DNA of 64,000 nucleotides from an uncultured Clostridia bacterium (GTDB lineage Bacteria; Bacillota; Clostridia; TANB77; CAG-508): NCBI GenBank assembly GCA_934148985.1, contig CAKPDO010000003.1, positions 2,928 to 66,927 of the forward strand, read 5' to 3'. Shown piece by piece: positions 20,364 to 28,293 of this stretch (position 1 is its first letter; each line of letters starts with the position of its first letter). The notes under the pieces were generated by a model. It saw only the letters and a program-made list of their open reading frames with translations, ran no database searches and was not told where the DNA came from. The position numbers and the translations under genes were made by a program.

Positions 20364-20843
20364 TTATACATTAAATACTGCAAATATAATTTTAACTATT
20401 GCTGCACCACTGAATAATAGCACTGATCCTATGAATATCCCTCTACCAAAATCTAATAATTCCATTTTTGCTTCTGGTCCAACTGCCTTATGTCTTCTAA
20501 CTATTCCAAATCCTAAATCCATTGCAAGCTTATCGTTTCCATTTAAGAATAATCCAAATCCAAATATTGCAATTGAAATTATTGTCAAAATTCCTCCTAT
20601 TATTTGTACAAATCCTAATATTGGATTTACAATTCTATGTATGAAATTTACAAATGGTGTTGATAATGTTTCGGCGGGGCCATTCATTCCTTCCGGATTC
20701 AAATTTGTTATAAAAGAATTTGACAGTATACTTGTATCTATATTATCTCCATCCTTAGCAAAACAAGAATAGTTAAGATTAAATATTATACTTATTATAA
20801 ATATTAAACTTATTATAATACCACGTTTTTTCATTACTTTCAC
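20364..20843 (-). CDS. VirB2/TrbC-like small membrane protein, paralogue 6 (divergent, longer loop)
   Basis: 159 aa and first gene after the promoter. Signal peptide, then two hydrophobic helices with a longer intervening loop. Confidence 0.4.
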   Translation of the reverse strand: MKVMKKRGIIISLIFIISIIFNLNYSCFAKDGDNIDTSILSNSFITNLNPEGMNGPAETLSTPFVNFIHRIVNPILGFVQIIGGILTIISIAIFGFGLFLNGNDKLAMDLGFGIVRRHKAVGPEAKMELLDFGRGIFIGSVLLFSGAAIVKIIFAVFNV

Positions 20844-20942
20844 CTACTATTCTTTTATATTATAATGCACTTTTATTATTTTGGCAAGATTTATTTCAAA
20901 ATTCGACAATTTTTATTTGTGTTTATTTATTTACCACTTTTT

Positions 20943-20971
20943 ATTTTACCTTAATTTTTCTTTTTTGTCAA
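20943..20971 (-). promoter_or_regulatory. consensus sigma-A-type promoter of the T4SS-like operon
   Basis: The minus strand reads TTGACA (20971-20966), a 17-nt spacer, then TAAAAT (20948-20943), about 100 nt upstream of the first gene. Confidence 0.6.
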
Positions 20972-21036
20972 TACTTAGGGATAATTGATTTACATAAAAT
21001 TTATAAGAAGTTTTTAACAACAAACTTTTATCTATA

Positions 21037-21065
21037 TTGACAAAGATTTTACACAATAGTAAAAT
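21037..21065 (+). promoter_or_regulatory. consensus sigma-A-type promoter for the deacetylase gene
   Basis: TTGACA (21037-21042), a 17-nt spacer, then TAAAAT (21060-21065), 25 nt before the ATG. Confidence 0.6.
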
Positions 21066-21089
21066 ATGTAAAAAAAGAAGGAATGAAAC

Positions 21090-21890
21090 ATGAAAAATAT
21101 ATTAAAAACATTTATTTTATTATTTTTAATACTAGCAATACTAACATTAACCTACTTATATAAAAATCCCAAAATCGCTGTACTTTGTTATCACAATATA
21201 GCAACAGATGAAGAAAAACAAAGCTTTCCAGATGAAGCCGATTGGACTATTTCAGTCGATAATTTTAAAGAACAATTAGAATATCTAAAAAAACATAACT
21301 ATAAAACCCTTTCAATGGATGAATTTTATCAATGGAAAACAGGTAAATTAAATCTTCCATATAAAAGTGTTTTAATAACTTTTGATGATGGTTTTTTATC
21401 TAACTATCAATATGCCTTTAAATTGCTATCTGATTATGATATGAAAGCTTCTGTTTTTGTTGTAGGGTCTTTTATTGAAAATTCTTCATCAAATTCCTGG
21501 GATGGAAATTTAAAGACATATATGACAAAAGATATATTGGAAAATATAAAAAATGAATATCCAAATATCGAAATTTATTCTCATTCTTATAACTTACATT
21601 ACCAAGGCGCAATAAATCAAGATGAAAATGTCTTTGTTGATGATATTAATAATTTTAATAATTTTTGCACGAATACAGATGTCTTTTGTTATCCTTTTGG
21701 ACAATTTAATTCTAAGATCGAAAATAGTTTGAAAGAATGTGGCTATAAGATGGCTTTTAGATATGGACCAAATAGGGATGATTATAAAAAAGCAAGTAAA
21801 AATGACAATAATTATGAGATTCCAAGGCTTAATATGTCTCATGGAATTGGAATTTTTAAATTTGGAATAAGACTTCTTTTGTATAATTGA
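21090..21890 (+). CDS. membrane-anchored polysaccharide deacetylase (NodB homology domain)
   Basis: N-terminal TM helix. Contains VLCYHNI, ITFDDGF and YSHSY motifs. Confidence 0.8.
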   Translation: MKNILKTFILLFLILAILTLTYLYKNPKIAVLCYHNIATDEEKQSFPDEADWTISVDNFKEQLEYLKKHNYKTLSMDEFYQWKTGKLNLPYKSVLITFDDGFLSNYQYAFKLLSDYDMKASVFVVGSFIENSSSNSWDGNLKTYMTKDILENIKNEYPNIEIYSHSYNLHYQGAINQDENVFVDDINNFNNFCTNTDVFCYPFGQFNSKIENSLKECGYKMAFRYGPNRDDYKKASKNDNNYEIPRLNMSHGIGIFKFGIRLLLYN

Positions 21891-21950
21891 CATTATTATG
21901 CGCATATGGTAAAATCATTATGTAAAATATTTAGAATTGGAGGATAAAAA

Positions 21951-22730
21951 ATGAGCACCAAAGATTTAGACCTTTCACTTAATAACACATCATCTGATTC
22001 GCCCATTTCAGATATGAATATTTTTCAAACTCCGCAAGCCGGTTCTTTTCTTTCTCTTTCAAAAGAAGATGAGCAAGAAATCGATGCTTTTGTAAGCCAA
22101 ATTGACATAACAGACAGTGTCCTAGTATTTAATTATGGTGAAAACTGTCGGGCTAAAATCGCAGCACTATATAGTTCAGTCTTTAATTGTTTTAATCAAA
22201 AAGATTATAGCTATATAAAAGACTACATTTCTCAAGTAGAAAAATTGTTAACTGATTTTTCTATTGGAAAGCCTGTTAAAAAAAATTCATTTCTTTCTAA
22301 ATACCAATTTTTAAAAACTAAAAGTTCGGTTCATAAAATTGCAAATGAATTAGATAGTCAACAGCTTATCCTTATGCATGATAATGATGTTCTTTCGAAG
22401 TTCGATTCCAACTTAAATGAGTTGTACAAAACAATCACAAAGTACATTGTTGCAGGAGAAAAGAGATTGGAGCAGGTAAAGACTGATATACTTCCAATGC
22501 TTAAGCAAAATTTGGATGTTTCTATTGCTTCTACAGAAGAGTATAACCGTATGGTACAATATGTAAATACTTTTGAACAAAAGCTTTATTCACTCAGTAC
22601 CTCAAAGGAAATTGCTTTACAATTAATTGCACAAATTAATATAATATTAAAAAATAACACTATATTAATTGAAACAATTAAAGAAACAATTAATAGTACA
22701 ATTCCCGCTTGGGAAAACTCTTTTAATTAG
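21951..22730 (+). CDS. TelA/YaaN-family (toxic anion resistance-like) protein, short form
   Basis: 259 aa. The N-terminal LSKEDEQEIDAFVSQIDITDS..VFNYGENCRAKIA and an all-helical remainder resemble TelA/YaaN. RBS is GGAGG. Confidence 0.55.
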   Translation: MSTKDLDLSLNNTSSDSPISDMNIFQTPQAGSFLSLSKEDEQEIDAFVSQIDITDSVLVFNYGENCRAKIAALYSSVFNCFNQKDYSYIKDYISQVEKLLTDFSIGKPVKKNSFLSKYQFLKTKSSVHKIANELDSQQLILMHDNDVLSKFDSNLNELYKTITKYIVAGEKRLEQVKTDILPMLKQNLDVSIASTEEYNRMVQYVNTFEQKLYSLSTSKEIALQLIAQINIILKNNTILIETIKETINSTIPAWENSFN

Positions 22731-22752
22731 AGTTATTGCTTTACCAACAAAA

Positions 22753-22780
22753 ACAGCCCCATAATGGGGCTGTTCTTGTT
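22753..22780. terminator. bidirectional terminator between convergent genes
   Basis: The 8-bp GC-rich stem ACAGCCCC / GGGGCTGT has a 5-nt loop, with a T-rich tract after it and an A-rich tract before it. Confidence 0.7.
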
Positions 22781-22811
22781 TTAGCTGATTTAATAAAATT
22801 TTTGCTAAATT

Positions 22812-24509
22812 TTAAATTTCAGCATTAAACAAAGTCTTGATTACATAGCTAACATCGTCTGTGGATGCATCAATAAAAGCTCCTCCATTAATATTAGCTA
22901 TTCTTTTTAATTCTTCAACATCTGCATCTCTTCCGTATCCAATTGTATAAATAGGAATGTCAAATGCTTTAATTAAATTTTCTACATTATTCAAACTATA
23001 ACCACTTCCGGTATTTCCATCTGCTAGCAGAATAATGATTGGTTTAATTTCTTCACCGCTCTTTTGCTGTTCTTCATTAATCAATTTAATTGCCATAAGA
23101 ATTGCATTGTTAGTTGATGTACCTCCATCTGCATTTAAAGAATCGACTGCTCCAACAAAAAATTCTTGTTGTGTTTTTGTAAACTTACCAATAGGCAAAT
23201 CATTGAACACTTCATAGTTAAAGCTCATCAATCCAACTTTAGCATCTTCACTTACATACTGCATTGCATTTTTCAGCGAATCTTTTAAAGCTTCGATTTT
23301 CTTTCCATGCATGCTTCCAGAAACATCAGAAACAAACATTGCTACAATCTGCTTTCCAGAACTCTTATTTTCTTTCCAAAACTTCAAAATCTCGGTAATC
23401 ATACTTAAAGGGTATTTATCAGGAGAAATTGCACTTACATATTCAGAATCTTGATTAAATTTGAGTTCTTTAGCATAACTTTGAACCTTTTCTCTTTGAA
23501 AATAATCAGCAAAATTGCAAAGAACTTCTTCATCTTCATCTGTAATATAATCTAACTCATAAAGTGGATAATCATGTCTTACGCCAAAAGGCAAGAAAAC
23601 AAATTCACTTTCGATAGTTACATCATTTTCATATGCTTGATGTTCGATTACAAATGCATTAATAACTCCTTTTTTTACCTTTTCTACCATTTGTTCGGTC
23701 GAATAAGAAACTGAAGAAACAGTATTTTGAAAATTTGAAAAGTCTGTTGTTGCTTCAAAACTATATGGATTGCTTTCATCAAAATATGCAAGCATTGAAA
23801 CTACAAAATTCAATCCTGTTGGATTATTTGTTGGATTAGTATATCCAATAGACAAATTTCCATCAATATTTGCGGTTACAATTGTATCAATAGATACTTC
23901 GCCATATGTTTGCATAAGCTCATCATACTTTTCTTTTTCAATAGCAATTCCCATTGTATTTCCAACAAGCTTTGTAGAGATTTCCTTAACGTTTATTCCA
24001 TTGGATTGGATCAAAAGGCCGTAAAACTCATTTGATGCAATATATCCTTCTGGCATATACGTTCCATATTTAATAAAATCTTCTGCTAAACTTGATTCCA
24101 AAGACCTAATGGTTACAGACATTGTTTGTCCTGCTTTGTTTTCAAGCTGCTCTTCATTGAAACTTTCAGAAACATATTTTACCAGCTCCCGAATGCTACT
24201 TCCATTGTTTTCAAGAGGAAGAAAGATTTCAACATCAATTTCTCCTTCGCCTTTAACATCTGGTTCATAGTTGCTGATATCAGGTAATTCATAATTAAAC
24301 TGCATCTGTTCTTCTACTTCATCATCCTTTGCAGGAATTTCTCCTTTTACAAGTTCTTTTTCACTAATCTTAATGCCAGTTTCTTCAAGAAGAGATACTT
24401 TATTTTCATCAGTTATCTCTACTTTAGAGTAATCTTTTTTGCATCCAGTTAATGCAAGAACAATTGTCAAAATTAATAAACTCAAAAAACTGTTTTTATT
24501 TCTCATCAT
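22812..24509 (-). CDS. lipoprotein with C-terminal von Willebrand factor A (vWA) domain
   Basis: Lipobox LTGC. MIDAS motif DVSGSMHG, plus DGGTSTN and IILLADGNTG. The roughly 350-aa N-terminal domain was not identified. Confidence 0.75.
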   Translation of the reverse strand: MMRNKNSFLSLLILTIVLALTGCKKDYSKVEITDENKVSLLEETGIKISEKELVKGEIPAKDDEVEEQMQFNYELPDISNYEPDVKGEGEIDVEIFLPLENNGSSIRELVKYVSESFNEEQLENKAGQTMSVTIRSLESSLAEDFIKYGTYMPEGYIASNEFYGLLIQSNGINVKEISTKLVGNTMGIAIEKEKYDELMQTYGEVSIDTIVTANIDGNLSIGYTNPTNNPTGLNFVVSMLAYFDESNPYSFEATTDFSNFQNTVSSVSYSTEQMVEKVKKGVINAFVIEHQAYENDVTIESEFVFLPFGVRHDYPLYELDYITDEDEEVLCNFADYFQREKVQSYAKELKFNQDSEYVSAISPDKYPLSMITEILKFWKENKSSGKQIVAMFVSDVSGSMHGKKIEALKDSLKNAMQYVSEDAKVGLMSFNYEVFNDLPIGKFTKTQQEFFVGAVDSLNADGGTSTNNAILMAIKLINEEQQKSGEEIKPIIILLADGNTGSGYSLNNVENLIKAFDIPIYTIGYGRDADVEELKRIANINGGAFIDASTDDVSYVIKTLFNAEI

Positions 24510-24526
24510 AGCTGTTGTCCTCCTGT

Positions 24527-26032
24527 TTAATATCCAATTTGTTTGAAAAATACTTCAGTTCTACGGTTCTTCTCTTTCCCCTCTTCAGTGCTGTTAGTTG
24601 CAATTGGGTTCTTATCACCATTTCCAATGATAATAAATCTTTCTGAATCAATTCCTAAAGCCTGCAAATATTTTGCAACACTAAGTGCTCTTTTATAAGA
24701 AAATTCTACACCATCATCTCCTTCAACCTTAGCTGTGTTTCCTTCAATTTGAATATAGCAACCATTTAATAATTGTGCTACTTGGGCAAATTCAGTTAAT
24801 TCTTTATACGATGACGATTGAATTTTATATGAATCTGCTTCAAATTCAATATTGAGAGTTACACTTAATAATGATGCATCGTTTGCAATTTGTTCTGCAG
24901 CTTTACGTCCTTCAGAGGAAAAAGCAAATGATGTTATATCATCTTCTGGATACTTTCCATTAAGTTGATTGACATATTTGTCTGTAAACACTTCATCTGC
25001 TTTACTTGGATCTGCTTTTTCTCCAATACTAATCCAAATATTGGCCATATCCCTATATACTTCTTGACAGGCTGATTTCAAGATATTCATATTATCAGCC
25101 CAAGTTGCCACAGAAGCATACTCACACATTTCTCTAATCTCTGAGTCTTCCATAAGTTTAAATGTAGGCATCACTTTAATGCTATCCACCTCATTAAGGT
25201 ACATTGAATTTGCTTCTAATGCTCCATCTATGAGTTTTACAATGAAATTCTCATGATTTTCCACAAAATCTGTACTAAATACTAATCCATCCATTACTAA
25301 GTTAGTTCCCATAGATGTATCAAATAAAATTCTTGAATTTGTGGAAGATGCGGCTTGTGTTAAATATGGTTCCCATGTTGCTGCTGCATCAACTTTTCCA
25401 GTAAAGAATTCTTCTGCGGTTTCGTCAGCTGTATCACAAAACACCATATTTTTACGAATGCCTTTAATTTGCTCATCTGTTAAAGATGAATTTTGAATTA
25501 ACCATTCAATAAGTGTTTGTGCTTCGGAATATTTAGGAACAGCAATTTTTTTTCCGACTAAATCTTCTACTGATTTAATATCAGATGAACATATGATTCC
25601 ATCTCCACCATTAGAATAATTAGTGATATATGGCATTACTACATTCATTCCAGTTTCATTAAATTTTGATTGTAAAAAACTTAATCTATTAATTGTATAA
25701 CCTGCTCCTTGCAAATCTCCAGAAATAAGGCTATCTGATGACACAGTTGCATCATTTTCGATAACATATTGGATTTTAATTCCATTTCGTGCATTTATAC
25801 TATTGGTTGTTGTAATCAAACCACCATTTGCATAAATCAATGATTTCCATCCAATAAATTCATCCAAAGAAATCCGAACTGTTTCAACAGAAGAATTAAT
25901 ATATTCTCCCCCTTTGTTGATTTTTTCTTTTCTGTTACTACTAGAAATTACGCCTAAACTGATAGACAAGATTACCACAATTATGATAACAGGTCCAAGC
26001 TTTTTTAATTTATTATTTTTCATGTGCTCCAT
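24527..26032 (-). CDS. membrane-anchored NMT1/SsuA-like substrate-binding domain fused to an OmpA/MotB-like C-terminal domain
   Basis: 501 aa and paralogous to 28294-29763 over its whole length. The C-terminus SVAKYLQALGID..RFIIIGNGDKNPIA....NRRTEVFF is OmpA_C-like. Confidence 0.65.
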   Translation of the reverse strand: MEHMKNNKLKKLGPVIIIVVILSISLGVISSSNRKEKINKGGEYINSSVETVRISLDEFIGWKSLIYANGGLITTTNSINARNGIKIQYVIENDATVSSDSLISGDLQGAGYTINRLSFLQSKFNETGMNVVMPYITNYSNGGDGIICSSDIKSVEDLVGKKIAVPKYSEAQTLIEWLIQNSSLTDEQIKGIRKNMVFCDTADETAEEFFTGKVDAAATWEPYLTQAASSTNSRILFDTSMGTNLVMDGLVFSTDFVENHENFIVKLIDGALEANSMYLNEVDSIKVMPTFKLMEDSEIREMCEYASVATWADNMNILKSACQEVYRDMANIWISIGEKADPSKADEVFTDKYVNQLNGKYPEDDITSFAFSSEGRKAAEQIANDASLLSVTLNIEFEADSYKIQSSSYKELTEFAQVAQLLNGCYIQIEGNTAKVEGDDGVEFSYKRALSVAKYLQALGIDSERFIIIGNGDKNPIATNSTEEGKEKNRRTEVFFKQIGY

Positions 26033-26079
26033 CCTTTCGAAATTTTTTGCTTGATATACTTTAGGTCTAACTCTTACTT

Positions 26080-26766
26080 TTAGATATCTCGTTTCTTAGA
26101 ACCAACGACAAATAACCCATTTTTATCTGCTTCTTCTGTTTCATTTCTAATAGCTTTCAGTTTTTCTACTGCACTTGTTATACCAGGATCATCCAAGTTA
26201 AGGCCGTTTCCCATTCTTCTAACTTCTGAAAGAAGTTTAGAATATGCACCAACCATTTTTTCTGTTGTTTTTAAAATTTCTTCAAGTGCTTCTATATTTT
26301 TTGAATATTCATAATCATAACAATCAAGCACTTGTAAAACCACTAAACACTTTTCGAATTGGTTGCATTTCTGTAATAAAAAATGCTCGGCTTCTTTGCT
26401 TCTCTCTAACAAATAAGTAGCTTTTTCGCCCTTGTTCAGTTCAATCAATTTTTTCAAAGCGTTTTGCCGTCTTTCAAAATCGATTATCTGCTCTTCAAGT
26501 TGATTTATGTATCTTTTAAATATCGTGTATTCTCTCTTTATTCGCTGAATTTGTTCTTTAAGACTAAGCTGCTTTTCTTCTTCTTCAATAAATTCTTTTT
26601 TCTCGAAAATATAACTTAGCAATGTATGGAACATTACAGCTACAAAAATTGTTACAATTATTGAGATAAAACCACTTAATTTAAAAATAACAAAAATCAT
26701 TACACAAACAAGCAAAATAACTACATCCGTAATAAACATCTTATTATTTTTTTTCATTGCCTTCAA
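26080..26766 (-). CDS. membrane protein with coiled-coil C-terminus, possibly XpaC-like
   Basis: 228 aa with 2-3 N-terminal TM helices and a long helical tail. The XpaC guess rests on topology and the TelA neighbour only. Confidence 0.35.
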   Translation of the reverse strand: MKAMKKNNKMFITDVVILLVCVMIFVIFKLSGFISIIVTIFVAVMFHTLLSYIFEKKEFIEEEEKQLSLKEQIQRIKREYTIFKRYINQLEEQIIDFERRQNALKKLIELNKGEKATYLLERSKEAEHFLLQKCNQFEKCLVVLQVLDCYDYEYSKNIEALEEILKTTEKMVGAYSKLLSEVRRMGNGLNLDDPGITSAVEKLKAIRNETEEADKNGLFVVGSKKRDI

Positions 26767-27478
26767 TCCTTTCTGATGCCGTTCTTATTCTAAATTCCGG
26801 TAAAAAATCAATGGTTATTGGAGCTAAGAATTTTAATAAATCTTGGTCATGTGTTATAACTATTTCAATTGTTTTGTGCTTATTTTGGTGCTCCTTAATT
26901 AATTCAGCAAGAATTTTAGTATTTTCTAAATCTAATGCTGAAGAAGGTTCATCATATAATACGACCTTACTCCAAGGGTTCACAAAAGCAGAACACAAAC
27001 TCAACCGTTGATCCTGTCCTCCAGAAATTTGACTTGGAAACTTATTAAGATGTTCTCCTAAACCAAATCTAATTAGTATCTTTTCAGCCTCAGCAACACG
27101 CTCCTTAGTTATTTTTACTTTATGTCCTTTATAAACCATTAAGACATTTTTTACTAAATTTAACCATGGAAAACTTGTATAATGCTGATGCACCATATGA
27201 ACATCTGGTGTTGTTCCAAAGAGTTGTTGCCCATCAAGACGTATTTCTCCTTTATATCGCTTTTCAAGCCCAGCAATACATTTCATAAGGGTTGTTTTTC
27301 CTACTCCGGAATGTCCTAAAAATGCATAAATTCCAGGTTTAAACTCATATTCAAAATTTTCAAAAATTACATTTGAATTAAATGAAATTCCAAAGTTTTT
27401 AAATTCGAGTAAATGCCCATCATTCAAAACATTTTCTTTCCGAACTTCATTGTTGTCAATTTGTTCCATCATCTTCAA
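26744..27478 (-). CDS. ABC transporter ATP-binding protein (NitT/TauT-type)
   Basis: Walker A GHSGVGKTT, signature ISGGQDQRL, Walker B VVLYDEPSSALD. Confidence 0.9.
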   Translation of the reverse strand: MKMMEQIDNNEVRKENVLNDGHLLEFKNFGISFNSNVIFENFEYEFKPGIYAFLGHSGVGKTTLMKCIAGLEKRYKGEIRLDGQQLFGTTPDVHMVHQHYTSFPWLNLVKNVLMVYKGHKVKITKERVAEAEKILIRFGLGEHLNKFPSQISGGQDQRLSLCSAFVNPWSKVVLYDEPSSALDLENTKILAELIKEHQNKHKTIEIVITHDQDLLKFLAPITIDFLPEFRIRTASERIEGNEKK

Positions 27479-28214
27479 ACCTCCATTTGAATGTCTTCCT
27501 TACAATAAGATTACTAATCTTATCAAAGGCATAACTCACAACTATAATAATTACAATTGCTGCAAATACCATAGATGTTTTTCCCCTTGCTGATCCAATA
27601 TACATTAAATGACCAAGTCCATACTGTGTATTATTAACTTCTGCAATAATAACGTATGTCCATCCAACGCCATATAATGTAATAAATGATTGAAGTAACG
27701 ACGGTGCGATGTATGGAATAGCGCAGTGTAAGAGCATTCTTGGATAACTAAATCCCATTGTATATGCTGTTTCTTTCAGTTTATCCATGGGTTCTGAACA
27801 CTGCTGAATAACTGTCGGAAGAAATGAAAAAAAACCAGCTATTACCAGAAATGTTATTTTCATTTTTTCATCAATTCCTAAAATCAATACAAGCATTGGT
27901 GAAAAGCATGTTACGGGAATATACCGCAGCGAATCGACAATAGGCTTTAATAACTTATTAATCAATTTGTTCCATGCAATTGCCATACCTAGTGGCACAG
28001 AAATTGCAGCAGCAATACAAACTCCAATAGTCACTCTTAAAAAACTTGCACCTAAATGTTTAAAAAGAACTCCTGTTGTTACTAATGTTACTATCGATTT
28101 CATTGTTTCTTTAGGTGAAGGCAAAAATAGACTTTTATTTACTATTCTACTTGCTCCCCACCAAATAATAATAACAATTGCAACAAAAGATATCTTTTTT
28201 ATTGCTTTTTTCAT
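27456..28214 (-). CDS. ABC transporter permease (SsuC/TauC-like)
   Basis: About six TM helices and an EAA-like loop (ETAYTMGFSYPRMLLHCAIPYIAP). Start placed at MKKAIKK, 9 nt after GGAGG; the ORF track start at 28256 is less likely. Confidence 0.85.
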   Translation of the reverse strand: MKKAIKKISFVAIVIIIWWGASRIVNKSLFLPSPKETMKSIVTLVTTGVLFKHLGASFLRVTIGVCIAAAISVPLGMAIAWNKLINKLLKPIVDSLRYIPVTCFSPMLVLILGIDEKMKITFLVIAGFFSFLPTVIQQCSEPMDKLKETAYTMGFSYPRMLLHCAIPYIAPSLLQSFITLYGVGWTYVIIAEVNNTQYGLGHLMYIGSARGKTSMVFAAIVIIIVVSYAFDKISNLIVRKTFKWRFEDDGTN

Positions 28215-28293
28215 TTGACTTTTACCTCCTTTTAGGTAAAATGGGCTGGTTACCAAACCAACCCATTTTGTTTAATACAGAGTGCTATATGGG

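Noticed and set aside
24189-27007. Hypothesis that every in-frame CGG in this organism triggers a +1 shift or is unassigned.
   Set aside because: At least eight in-frame CGG codons in 21.9-29.8 kb sit in uninterrupted ORFs at positions where Arg is expected. Examples are the ABC signature SGGQDQR at 27005-27007 and an Arg aligned with Lys in the paralogue at 25874-25876. Two are even followed by A, like three of the shift sites. A universal rule is therefore refuted, and only the association at the four disrupted genes remains.
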